Assembly (NCBI GenBank): GCA_041482115.1
Contig: JBGPDC010000004.1
Location: 354-64,353 of the forward strand
Length of the DNA stretch: 64,000 nucleotides
Direction: 5' to 3'
Origin: Terriglobia bacterium
GTDB taxonomy: Bacteria > Acidobacteriota > Terriglobia > Bryobacterales > JACQDG01
In this document: in pieces, positions 51,724 to 60,587 of the stretch
How positions within the stretch are numbered: position 1 is the stretch's first letter
How the letters are laid out: each line of letters starts with the position of its first letter
The notes under the pieces: generated by a model
What the model saw: the letters and a program-made list of their open reading frames with translations, nothing else
What the model was told of the DNA's origin: nothing
The model's database searches: none
Position numbers and translations under genes: made by a program

Positions 51724-52989
51724 TCAGGAGTCGGGGCCGGCGACGGGCAGGGAAACGCGGAAGGTCGTGCCGCGTCCCACCTCGCTCGACACGCTGATGC
51801 GCCCGCCGTGGTCGTCGACGATTTTTGAGACGATGGCCAAACCCAATCCTACACCGTCGGGCTTGGTGGTGAAGAACGGATTAAAGATGCTCTCCAGGTT
51901 CTCTTCGGGAATGCCCGTGCCGGTGTCGGTGATCTCAGTTTCGACGAGACCATTGCGGGCTTGCGTCGAGAGGCGCAGTAAGCCGCCGGCCGGCATCGCC
52001 TGCACGCCGTTGTGGAGCAGGTTGTAGAACACGCGCTCGAGCAGCTCGGCGTCGAAGCGGAAGGGAACCACCTGCGGCGAATAAGCGGTTTCGATGCGAA
52101 CCGAATTCGCCTGGTCCCCGAGGCCCCGGCGGACGTCGCCCAAGGCCCGGTCGAGCACCTCATGCAGGTCGTGGGAGGCGCGCTGGAGCCGCAAGGGCCG
52201 CGCGAACTCCAGGAACCGCGTGACCAGCGCATTGGTGCGGTCCACCTCGCGGGTAATGAGGCCGGACATCTCGCGCGCGATCTCGTTTTCCGGCGAAACG
52301 GTTTTGCCGAGCATCTCGGCCGAGGCGCGGATCGCCCCCAGCGGGTTGCGCAGCTCATGGGCCAGGCCGGCCGAAAGCTGCCCCAGCGCAGCCAGCCGCT
52401 CCGAGCGCCGGAGCTGTGCCTGGGCCTCGCCCAGCTCGCGATTGGCCACGGCCAGGTCTTCGGCGACGGTCCGGTAGCGTGCCGCGTGGAGGCGGCTCTC
52501 GGTCACAAAGTAGTTCAGCAGAATGCCGGTGATGAAGTAGAACAGGACCCGGATGCCTAGCTCGCGCTGGCCGCCCGCAGCCAGCTCGTAGCGGTCCCAA
52601 ACGAGAGCCAGGAAAGACAAATAGGCGACCGATGCGGCGAGCGCTGTAACCAAAGTTCCGATCAGACCGAGAGTGGAGGCCGCCGAGACCACCGGGAGGA
52701 GGAAGATCAGAAAGTAACTGCTCTCAATGCCCTCGGTCTCCCAGACGAGGAGCCAGGCGAGGGCCAGCTTGATCGCGATGGCGGCGAGCGCCCCGCGGCG
52801 CTGCTGGAAGAAGGGGAACCGCAGCTCAGCGATCTGGAGCAGCGCCATGGCGCCCAGCGCGACAAATTCGAAAGGAGTGTGGCGCGGCAGGGTGGAGGCC
52901 AGCGCCCCCAGGGCCGCCAAAACGAGGAGCCAGAGCAGGTCGATGCTGCGCAGGCGCGTCCAGGGCCACTGGCCACGTTTATTTAACAT
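51724..52989 (-). CDS. Membrane sensor histidine kinase
   Basis: TM region, LAHELRNPL, DTGTG, FFTTK, GLGLAIV. Confidence 0.93.
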   Translation of the reverse strand: MLNKRGQWPWTRLRSIDLLWLLVLAALGALASTLPRHTPFEFVALGAMALLQIAELRFPFFQQRRGALAAIAIKLALAWLLVWETEGIESSYFLIFLLPVVSAASTLGLIGTLVTALAASVAYLSFLALVWDRYELAAGGQRELGIRVLFYFITGILLNYFVTESRLHAARYRTVAEDLAVANRELGEAQAQLRRSERLAALGQLSAGLAHELRNPLGAIRASAEMLGKTVSPENEIAREMSGLITREVDRTNALVTRFLEFARPLRLQRASHDLHEVLDRALGDVRRGLGDQANSVRIETAYSPQVVPFRFDAELLERVFYNLLHNGVQAMPAGGLLRLSTQARNGLVETEITDTGTGIPEENLESIFNPFFTTKPDGVGLGLAIVSKIVDDHGGRISVSSEVGRGTTFRVSLPVAGPDS

Positions 52990-53635
52990 AATATCTGTTA
53001 TCCGCCAAAATGACCTGGAGCCGCCTGGCCACTTCATCCGGGTGGCGCACCAGAAGGACCTGCATCCCTGCCCGCTGGGCCGATTCTACGCCGGGGCCGG
53101 AATCCTCGACGACGAGGCACGAGCCAGCGGGTAGCGCCTCTCCGCGCTGGGCGTTCAGCAACTCGAGGGCTTTGAGGTATGGGTCCGGTTCCGGCTTGAG
53201 CCGCTGGACGTCGCGATCGCAGACCAGGACCGCGAGGCGGTCGCGAATGCCGGCCGCAATCAGGCAAGGTTCTACCTCCGATTTGTTGCTTGAGGTAACG
53301 ACACCGAAGTCGAGGCCATTCGTAGGGGTTAGGAGCAGGCTGGTCAGGTCCGCCGGAATCCGCAATTCGGTCGCGGAGCGTCCAGCGTAGAGGACCTTCT
53401 TCTCGCGATACTGGGCCTCGTAAAAGTCCTGCCCGCCGGCCCGTCCGAAGCGGCTGCAGAGGTCCTGGACCATGGCGCGATTGCTCACCCCGACGTAGCG
53501 CGCGTTGTAGTCCTCCTGGCTGAAAATTATGCCGAGCGGGCGAAGGACCTGGGCCCAGCACTCGTAGTGCAGGGGCTCGCTATCGACGAGGACGCCGTCG
53601 AAGTCGAGGAAGACGGCCCGTATGGGAGTACTCAC
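52979..53635 (-). CDS. HAD family phosphatase
   Basis: DFDGVLVDSE, KPEPDPY, VEDS. Confidence 0.92.
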   Translation of the reverse strand: MSTPIRAVFLDFDGVLVDSEPLHYECWAQVLRPLGIIFSQEDYNARYVGVSNRAMVQDLCSRFGRAGGQDFYEAQYREKKVLYAGRSATELRIPADLTSLLLTPTNGLDFGVVTSSNKSEVEPCLIAAGIRDRLAVLVCDRDVQRLKPEPDPYLKALELLNAQRGEALPAGSCLVVEDSGPGVESAQRAGMQVLLVRHPDEVARRLQVILADNRYYVK

Positions 53636-54972
53636 CGGAACCGGACCGAACTCTGCATCTGGTCGAACGTCTTTTGCAGGCTGTTGTAATCGCTGTCGGG
53701 GGCGATCAGGATCAGGTAGAAGAGTCCCTGGGGACGGGTGACGGTCAGCAGGACGTCGATCTCGTGCTCGTTGCCCATCATCCTGAGCACTTCCCCGTTG
53801 CTGCCGTCGAGCGTGATCCGGCGGCCCTCTCCGGCCAGGGCTCGCAGGCCGGGATTCTTGCTCGTCAGGTCCCTCACCAGCTCATCGGTACCTTCGCGCA
53901 GATTATTCGAGCGCGGCGAGAAGTAGCCGGCCATGGCCCCGACGCTGATGTGCACCTGTCCCGGAGCGCCCTGCAGAAGTCCCTCGAGCGGCGCGATGGT
54001 GACGGTCCGGCCGCCGTCGCTGCCGTAGCTGCGCCAGTTCGCCGGATGCGACACGCGAAAGCCGGAGCCTGAAAACTCGTTGAACTGCGAGGAGGGCGGC
54101 CCGGGGCGCGGGTGCGGACGGTGGCGGGGCGCGCCGGGCTCGCGGGGGTCCTCGGGTGTGGGAACCTTCGCCGCAAGGTCCTTCATGCGCGCGAAATCCG
54201 GCGATGCGCCCGTGTATCGCCGCGGCGGCATGGTCTTCACTTCGTCTTGGACGTACTTGACGCGGTTGCCCGGGTTGGGATGGTCCGAAAGAAACTGCAA
54301 GCCCTGCCCGCCGCTGCCCTCGCCTTCAAGTTTCTGGAAGAACCGCGCCATGTCGACCGGATCATACCCGGCCTTGGCCATGGTATAGGCGCCGACGATG
54401 TCGGCATCGTGTTCGGCGTCGCGCGAGTATTTGAGCAGCACCGAGTTCACACCCAAGCCTACGCCAAGCTGGGCGAGCTGGCCGAGGAGCGAGTTATCCG
54501 AGTTGAGCATGGCTCCCACCAGCAGCAACGGAATCTGCCAGGCGAAGGCCTTCGACACCTGGTTGGTGCCGTGGCGCAGCGCGACATGGGAAATCTCGTG
54601 GGCCATCACGCCCGCCAGTTGCGCCTCGCTATCCGCCGACGCAATCGTCGCGGCGTGGATATAGATCGGTCCGCCCGGGAGCGCGAAGGCGTTAATGCCC
54701 TTCTGGGCCACGACCTTAAACGTATAAGGATAGTCGGGGGCCTGGGACGCCTTGGCTAGACGGTTGCCCAGGTCTGAGACATAGCGCTCGAGGGGCGGGT
54801 CGCTCACCAGGCGCATCTGCTTTTCCACCTGACGCGCCGATTCCCTGCCGAGCTGGATATCGTGTTCCTTCGAGAACAGGTTGAACCCGGGCGCGATTTC
54901 CCGGGCGGCACTGAGCGGCAGCGCGGCCGCGAGCAACGCTGCGACGAGACATTTTCTGTGCACGGTGCGCAC
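53632..54972 (-). CDS. M48 family metalloprotease (secreted)
   Basis: INAFALPGG, AHEISH, YSRDAEHDAD, SDHP. Confidence 0.92.
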   Translation of the reverse strand: MRTVHRKCLVAALLAAALPLSAAREIAPGFNLFSKEHDIQLGRESARQVEKQMRLVSDPPLERYVSDLGNRLAKASQAPDYPYTFKVVAQKGINAFALPGGPIYIHAATIASADSEAQLAGVMAHEISHVALRHGTNQVSKAFAWQIPLLLVGAMLNSDNSLLGQLAQLGVGLGVNSVLLKYSRDAEHDADIVGAYTMAKAGYDPVDMARFFQKLEGEGSGGQGLQFLSDHPNPGNRVKYVQDEVKTMPPRRYTGASPDFARMKDLAAKVPTPEDPREPGAPRHRPHPRPGPPSSQFNEFSGSGFRVSHPANWRSYGSDGGRTVTIAPLEGLLQGAPGQVHISVGAMAGYFSPRSNNLREGTDELVRDLTSKNPGLRALAGEGRRITLDGSNGEVLRMMGNEHEIDVLLTVTRPQGLFYLILIAPDSDYNSLQKTFDQMQSSVRFR

Positions 54973-55114
54973 TCTTTGATTCTTGCTCCTCAGTTCTAGG
55001 TTACCAAGCGCGGCGATTCCCGTACCAGTCCGTTACACCTTTCGGTGCAATGCCTTAGCACTCGGAAGCGCTCTTGGCCGCATGATACAATTACGGAATT
55101 GAGGTAGAAACGGC

Positions 55115-56059
55115 ATGATCAAACCCACCGAGAAGATCTGGCACAATGGGCGCTTTATTGCCTGGCAGGACGCTACGGTCCACGTGTTGTCGCACACGCT
55201 GCATTACGGCTCGAGCGTTTTCGAGGGGGTGCGCTGCTACGCGACGCCGCAGGGGCCGGCCATCTTCCGACCCAAGGAGCACCTCCGGCGCCTCGCCGAC
55301 TCGGCCAAGGTCTACCGCATGGACGACATCGGTTTCACGACCGAGCAGTTGCTGGACGCCATGACGGAACTGGTGCGCCTGAACCACCTCGACGCCTGCT
55401 ATATCCGGCCGCTCGTGTTTCGCGGCTACGGTGAGATGGGCGTGCTGCCGTTTAACAACCCGATCGAGGTCTACATGGCGTGCTGGGAATGGGGCAAGTA
55501 CCTGGGCGCCGACGCGTTGCTGGAGGGCGTGGACGTCTGCGTTTCGTCCTGGACACGCCTGGCCCCCAATACCCTGCCGGTGATGGCCAAGTCCTCGGCG
55601 AATTACATGAACTCGCAGTTGATCAAGATGGAGGCCGTCACGAACGGCTATAGCGAGGGCATCGCGCTCGACGCGGCCGGATACGTGAGCGAGGGCAGCG
55701 GCGAGAACATCTTCGTCGCCCGCGACGGGAGACTTCTCACGCCTCCGCTCGGCGCCTCGGCGCTCCCCGGTATCACGCGCGACACGGTGCTGAAGCTGGC
55801 GCGCGACCTGGGCATTGAAGTGGTCGAGCAGGCCATTCCGCGCGAGATGCTTTACCTCGCCGACGAAGCGTTCTTCACCGGCACGGCGGCCGAAATCACG
55901 CCGCTCCGCTCGGTCGATCGGATCAAAGTCGGCGCCGGGCGGCCGGGGCCGATTACGACGCGGCTGCAGCGCGAGTTCTTCTCGATCTTGCGGTGTGAGA
56001 AGGAAGACCGGCACGGCTGGCTGGTCCCGGTGACGGCGGGGAAGCCGGTGGCGGTCTAG
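55115..56059 (+). CDS. ilvE: Branched-chain amino acid aminotransferase
   Basis: [41 protein letters not shown]. Confidence 0.95.
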   Translation: MIKPTEKIWHNGRFIAWQDATVHVLSHTLHYGSSVFEGVRCYATPQGPAIFRPKEHLRRLADSAKVYRMDDIGFTTEQLLDAMTELVRLNHLDACYIRPLVFRGYGEMGVLPFNNPIEVYMACWEWGKYLGADALLEGVDVCVSSWTRLAPNTLPVMAKSSANYMNSQLIKMEAVTNGYSEGIALDAAGYVSEGSGENIFVARDGRLLTPPLGASALPGITRDTVLKLARDLGIEVVEQAIPREMLYLADEAFFTGTAAEITPLRSVDRIKVGAGRPGPITTRLQREFFSILRCEKEDRHGWLVPVTAGKPVAV

Positions 56060-56095
56060 GGTTCTTCGTTCAACCCGACGCTCGACCGTCCACGA

Positions 56096-57280
56096 CTACG
56101 GTCCTGCGCTGAATGGATCGTGTCGCCTCTTTGCTTCTTCGACCTTTCTCTTCTGGTATTTGGTCAAGTGGAATAACAAAGCCCATTGACTGGAGCGAAG
56201 CCGATTTGCCTTCTCGACCTCACTCTCCACTACCGCACCCACGACGGCGCTTCCAGCCCCAAGAGCGGCGCTGATATCGAAAGGGGCCCCCGAGAACAAC
56301 GCTATCCCAACACCGATGGCCGCACGCGTGACGGAAGCCCCACCTGTGAGGTTCTTCAGGATGTTCCATCGCGCTCCGGTCAGAGCAGCGTCGAGTTCGT
56401 GAACGGCCGGATCAACATGTTGGAAAAGAATGTCCTCAATTTGCAGATTCAAATTGGCAGGCACTTGGTCTAGCTCGATCTCCGTTGCAAGTCTTCGTAC
56501 TCCAACCTGAAATGCTTTCAGTTCTGACGCATACCGATGCCGCAATTCGAGGATCTCAGGGAACGGGAGGTCATCCGATCTGGGAAGATATCGTTCTAAG
56601 ACCGTCTGTGCTAGGTGGGTTTCTGTCAATCCCCGCTCTGAGATGTTCCGCGGCGGGAACTCCGGTGCAACCATCGTGATTGGTCCCCCCTCACGCAACT
56701 GGGCCACAGAATCCCACATGGCCTGCTGGAAGTCCCACGACCATGTTGATAACCCCAGGCCCTCTTGCTGTGCGATTATGCCAATAGTACAAAGGTGCCC
56801 CTGGAAGGCCGCTATGAGAGGCTCAGGTGGGAGTGGGCCTGGGCTGTAGGTAAAATGCCAGTACGAAGGCGGCCATCGGGCGAATGTTCGCAGGATATTT
56901 CGGTCAGCCCGGAACGTTCCGCCATGGCTGTATACCTTCGGGAAGTGCGATACCAAAACCCCTTCACGAGCCAGAAGTGATAGATCATCATAATTGTCGC
57001 TGACGAATTTGAGGTACTCCAGGCTTGCGTCTGTTAAAGGCTGCGGCACGCCGAAACTAGCACATGCCGCACGCTCGCTCGGAGAGGAAGGGTGATATAG
57101 GCGAGCCGCCTGTCGCGCATCTTGGACCTCTGGCCTTGGATGAGCGATGTAACTGTCAAGCAGACCTCTATCAAGCAGGGTCAAAACATGGACGCGTTCC
57201 GAGTACAGCACCGCCATCTTCAGCGCTCGAAGGAACTCTGGTCCTGTGTCGGGGTAAAGAAGAATGTCTGATCCAAGCAT
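56096..57280 (-). CDS. Hypothetical protein (DUF6236-like), atypical composition
   Basis: Long ORF visibly lower in GC than its flanks; LP..DDLPFPEILELR...ELKAFQ pattern; C-terminal hydrophobic hairpin. Confidence 0.6.
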   Translation of the reverse strand: MLGSDILLYPDTGPEFLRALKMAVLYSERVHVLTLLDRGLLDSYIAHPRPEVQDARQAARLYHPSSPSERAACASFGVPQPLTDASLEYLKFVSDNYDDLSLLAREGVLVSHFPKVYSHGGTFRADRNILRTFARWPPSYWHFTYSPGPLPPEPLIAAFQGHLCTIGIIAQQEGLGLSTWSWDFQQAMWDSVAQLREGGPITMVAPEFPPRNISERGLTETHLAQTVLERYLPRSDDLPFPEILELRHRYASELKAFQVGVRRLATEIELDQVPANLNLQIEDILFQHVDPAVHELDAALTGARWNILKNLTGGASVTRAAIGVGIALFSGAPFDISAALGAGSAVVGAVVESEVEKANRLRSSQWALLFHLTKYQKRKVEEAKRRHDPFSAGP

Positions 57281-57307
57281 AGAGTCCACAAACAGAGGCT
57301 GCGGTCG

Positions 57308-58090
57308 TTAGGGCGCGCCGAGCTCCTTCAGAAAGTCTTCTACGACGCCGGCAAACACCGCCGACTGCTCGACGACTGGTAGGTGACCGGCGGCTCCGAT
57401 GGTCACGAACCGGGCACCGAGAATTTGCGCAGCCCACTCCCCTGCCTCCGCGGGCGTGGCAATGGAGTCCTCGGCGCCCGCGATCACCAGCGTAGGTACG
57501 GCGATCCGCGGGAGCAGGTCGGAGGCGTCGCGCCGCGCTGCCAGCGCTCCGAGCAGCCGGGCGATCCCCTCGGGCGGCTGCTCCTCGATCCAACCCTGGA
57601 CTTGCCGTACGAGTGCAGCATTCTCCTGCTGCGTCGTCGAGCCGAGCAGGCGGGGGAGCATGCGGCGGGCGATTTCCCTTGCCCCGAGACGGCGCGCCGT
57701 GTCCGCCATCTCGGCACGCGACTTCTTCCCTTCCTCGGTGTCGGCGACGACGCGGGTATTGCTGAGCACCAGTCCCCGCAGCCGCTCGGGATATCGGCGG
57801 GCAAAGGCGAACGCCGCGTAACCTCCCATCGAGACGCCGCCGCCGACCGCCTGCGTGATCCCGAGGTGGTCGAGCAGGTGGGTAGGGACCGCGGCCAGGT
57901 CCTCCATGCTGAATCCCTCGGGCGGCACCGAGGACTTCCCTGCTCCGGGAGCGTCAAACGTCATGAGCCGGGCCCCGCGCAGAGGACCGAACAACCGCCG
58001 GTCCAGGGGAAAAGCGTGCATGAGGAGCAGAGGAATTCCCTGCCCCTGGACGTCGTAGTCGATCTCCAGACCTTGCAGGTTCGCGCGCAT
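57308..58090 (-). CDS. Alpha/beta hydrolase (PcaD-like)
   Basis: HAFP, GVSMGG nucleophile elbow, GAED, AGHL. Confidence 0.9.
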   Translation of the reverse strand: MRANLQGLEIDYDVQGQGIPLLLMHAFPLDRRLFGPLRGARLMTFDAPGAGKSSVPPEGFSMEDLAAVPTHLLDHLGITQAVGGGVSMGGYAAFAFARRYPERLRGLVLSNTRVVADTEEGKKSRAEMADTARRLGAREIARRMLPRLLGSTTQQENAALVRQVQGWIEEQPPEGIARLLGALAARRDASDLLPRIAVPTLVIAGAEDSIATPAEAGEWAAQILGARFVTIGAAGHLPVVEQSAVFAGVVEDFLKELGAP

Positions 58091-58199
58091 CGGGACCGCT
58101 CATTGTAACAAGCACTAAGCGAAACGCCTGAGTGTATCGCCCGCAGCCGGAGTGTAGAATTAAGCTCAACTGTATAGTTCCGATGGAAGGAACTAAAAT

Positions 58200-58931
58200 A
58201 TGTCACGATTCCGGTCCATTTCCTTTCCCCTTGCTCTCATCCTGACAGCAGGTACGGCGGCTGGACAGGCGACGGTGAAGAGCGAATCTCTACGGGTTTA
58301 TTCGCAGCGCGACACGCGCAGTACGGTTGTGAAAACACTCCATCGGGGCGATACGGTTGAGATCGAGATGAGCATTACGGGTGAAGGGAACCTCCAGTGG
58401 TGTTCGATACACGAATCCGGGCAGAAGGGCAGGCTGGGCCATGTTCCCTGCGAATCCCTGGAACGCCCTCCGGCGGCCAAGCAAACCGTGCCCCGGGCGC
58501 CAACGCGAACGGAATCCGCAGTGCAGCCGGGCGCGCGCGCTTCGGGAGGGGTGCGCGAAGGCTTTTGGGAGCCGACTCACCGGCAATCGGGTGGCGAGTT
58601 GCGTTGGATGGGCTACGCCGCAATCCTCGCGACGACATTTGAATTCTCCCCGGAGCAGAAGGCTCGAGTGTTGCAATTTGCCCGGCAAAGCGGAATGGGT
58701 CCCTGCATTGAAGACACGGATTCCTACCAGCGCCGGGGACTGCAGCCTCCCGACCTGCTGTCGAGTTCTCCGCTTACGCAGTGCGACTGGAATGCGCAGA
58801 CGTTCCGCGAGGGGGTGTTCTCGTTAGTGACGCCCGAGCAGAAGGCGGCTTCTCGGGTCTCGTACGAGAATTTTAGTCGGGAGATTGCGGGCAACCGGCT
58901 TGCTCTGGAGGGGCGCTCCTCCAAGCGCTGA
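58200..58931 (+). CDS. Secreted protein with an N-terminal SH3-like domain
   Basis: Signal peptide; LRVYSQ...VVKTLHRGDTV...W...GHV..ESL. Confidence 0.6.
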   Translation: MSRFRSISFPLALILTAGTAAGQATVKSESLRVYSQRDTRSTVVKTLHRGDTVEIEMSITGEGNLQWCSIHESGQKGRLGHVPCESLERPPAAKQTVPRAPTRTESAVQPGARASGGVREGFWEPTHRQSGGELRWMGYAAILATTFEFSPEQKARVLQFARQSGMGPCIEDTDSYQRRGLQPPDLLSSSPLTQCDWNAQTFREGVFSLVTPEQKAASRVSYENFSREIAGNRLALEGRSSKR

Positions 58932-58944
58932 GGCTTCGATCACG

Positions 58945-60138
58945 ATGGCTCTTAAGACCATGACGCGCTGGCGGACGGTCGTGTTCCTGGTCTTATGTTG
59001 CGGGATCGCCACCGCCGCCTGGGGCCAGGCCGATCGCGGCCAGGTGCGGCGCAACTTCAGCGGTCCGTGCGCCTCGACCGACCCCGTCTACGGGCGCATT
59101 GCTAATGCCACCGGCGGCCAGCAGTACCGGCTGCGTCCGAGTGAGATCGAGAAGTCGGGTGCGGTGATGGAGTCCAAGCTCTCGCACCCGGTCGATGTGT
59201 TCTTCGCCACCGGCGGCTTGGGACGCCGCGGCGAGCGAACTTTCGAGATTCCAGTCGATTCGACGATCGAGAGCGTGACTTTCTCCGCGACCGTGCAGTG
59301 CAAGGAATCGATTTCTATCTGGCGTCCCGGAGGGACCCTGGTCACGCCCGGTGGCGCCGCCGGTTTTCTCGACACCGAGATGACGGCCGCCCGGATTTTG
59401 ACCGTGAACCGTCCGGAGACGGGCGTGTGGCGCCTGCGGGTGTTGGGAGGCGGCGAATATTCGGTCTCGGTACGCGCGAAGACGGAGCTGGATCTCGGCG
59501 GGTTCGAGTTTGTCCGCCTCGGCGGCCGGCCGGGACACGAGGGCTTGTTCAAGATCGAGGGCGAGCCTACCAGCGCCCAGCAGATCGGGCAGGCCCGGGT
59601 GCATGGCCCCTATCAAACGGCCACGTTTAAGCTGGTCGCTGAGAGCGGCGAGACGATCCAGCCAGTGCGGCTTCAATCGGAAGGCGACCGGGAAGAATTC
59701 ACGGGAACCCTGACGCTGCCTACGCGCCCCTTCCGCGTGGCGGTCGAGGGCGTGGACGAGCGCGGTCGCGCCTACCAGCGGATATATGTCCGCCTGTTCC
59801 AGTTGCAGTCGATCGAGATTGCTTCACTCACCCGCGTCGCGGACTTTCCCGCGGGGTCCACTACCCGCATGGTCTTTCAGATTCACAACCTGGGCACGGC
59901 GGGGAACTTTCGGGCTCAGTTGGTGTGGGTGGGCCGGAATTTCGTGAAGACCCCGCCCGCGACTCCCCTGGCTCTCGCCGCGGGCGCCGCCGCGAATATT
60001 GAAGCCGACATCGACATTCCGGCCAATGCGGTCGCCGCGACCGAGGTCAATGTCACCCTATCGGTAGAGCGCACCACGCCCCCCGCGGCGCAAAACTGGA
60101 TGGTCGTCACCGGATCGGTCACACCGGCGGCGCGGTGA
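58945..60138 (+). CDS. Secreted hemicentin/VWA7-like beta-sandwich protein
   Basis: Signal peptide; YGRIANATGGQ, IPVDSTIESVTFS, PETGVWRL, PFRVAVEGVD..G..YQR. Confidence 0.65.
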   Translation: MALKTMTRWRTVVFLVLCCGIATAAWGQADRGQVRRNFSGPCASTDPVYGRIANATGGQQYRLRPSEIEKSGAVMESKLSHPVDVFFATGGLGRRGERTFEIPVDSTIESVTFSATVQCKESISIWRPGGTLVTPGGAAGFLDTEMTAARILTVNRPETGVWRLRVLGGGEYSVSVRAKTELDLGGFEFVRLGGRPGHEGLFKIEGEPTSAQQIGQARVHGPYQTATFKLVAESGETIQPVRLQSEGDREEFTGTLTLPTRPFRVAVEGVDERGRAYQRIYVRLFQLQSIEIASLTRVADFPAGSTTRMVFQIHNLGTAGNFRAQLVWVGRNFVKTPPATPLALAAGAAANIEADIDIPANAVAATEVNVTLSVERTTPPAAQNWMVVTGSVTPAAR

Positions 60139-60165
60139 TCGCGGCGGCCGGTGTCCAACAGGTAG

Positions 60166-60441
60166 GAGGGTTCCGAGTGACCCGCGGCGCCTGGAAGCCT
60201 ATCCCCCCTTTCCGCGGCCTTTTGCTCCCCCCGCAAGCGGGGATCGTCGCTCCCGGCCGGTGGTCAGGGCCGCTTGGTTACCCGGGCGCGGGCGCGAGCT
60301 TCCCACGCCGGCTCACCAAGTCGGCCGCTGCCCGGAGCTGGGCTACTCCGGCCGGGCTCAACACCCGTCCGGGATCACGGCTCCCGCTCCGATACAGCGC
60401 CCAAAGTAGGCTAATTCCGCCGATGACCTCTCGGAACCCTC
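60166..60441 (-). ncRNA. Candidate large structured non-coding RNA (~276 nt)
   Basis: 12-bp perfect terminal stem, multiple internal helices, G(CUUG)C tetraloop, promoter ending just before the 5' stem. Confidence 0.65.
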
Positions 60442-60445
60442 GTGA

Positions 60446-60475
60446 GTTATAGCCGTCATCTCGGGGGATTGTCAA
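60446..60475 (-). promoter_or_regulatory. Sigma70-like promoter of the ncRNA candidate
   Basis: TTGACA (60475-60470), 18-nt spacer, TATAAC (60451-60446). Confidence 0.6.
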
Positions 60476-60499
60476 ACGGAATTTGCGCTTGCGGCGGGG

Positions 60500-60570
60500 T
60501 TATCCACAACTTTATCATCCTGTGTGAGGACCAACTTAACCGGGCGCGTCTGTTACAAAACTGTGAATAA
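60500..60570. promoter_or_regulatory. Two oppositely oriented DnaA boxes
   Basis: TTATCCACA (+, 60500-60508) and TTATTCACA (-, 60562-60570) in a locally AT-richer gap. Confidence 0.55.
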
Positions 60571-60587
60571 AACGAGGGGTTATCCGG

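Noticed and set aside
60121..60441. RNase P, SRP or tmRNA identity for the large RNA candidate
   Set aside because: No GAGGAAAGUCC, no UCAGG...GGAAGCAGC, and no tRNA-like ends with CCA on either strand.
60135..60475. Short ORFs 60135-60452 (+) and 60278-60475 (-)
   Set aside because: No ribosome-binding site or protein-like features; the minus ORF starts inside the -35 box. The region is better explained as structured RNA.
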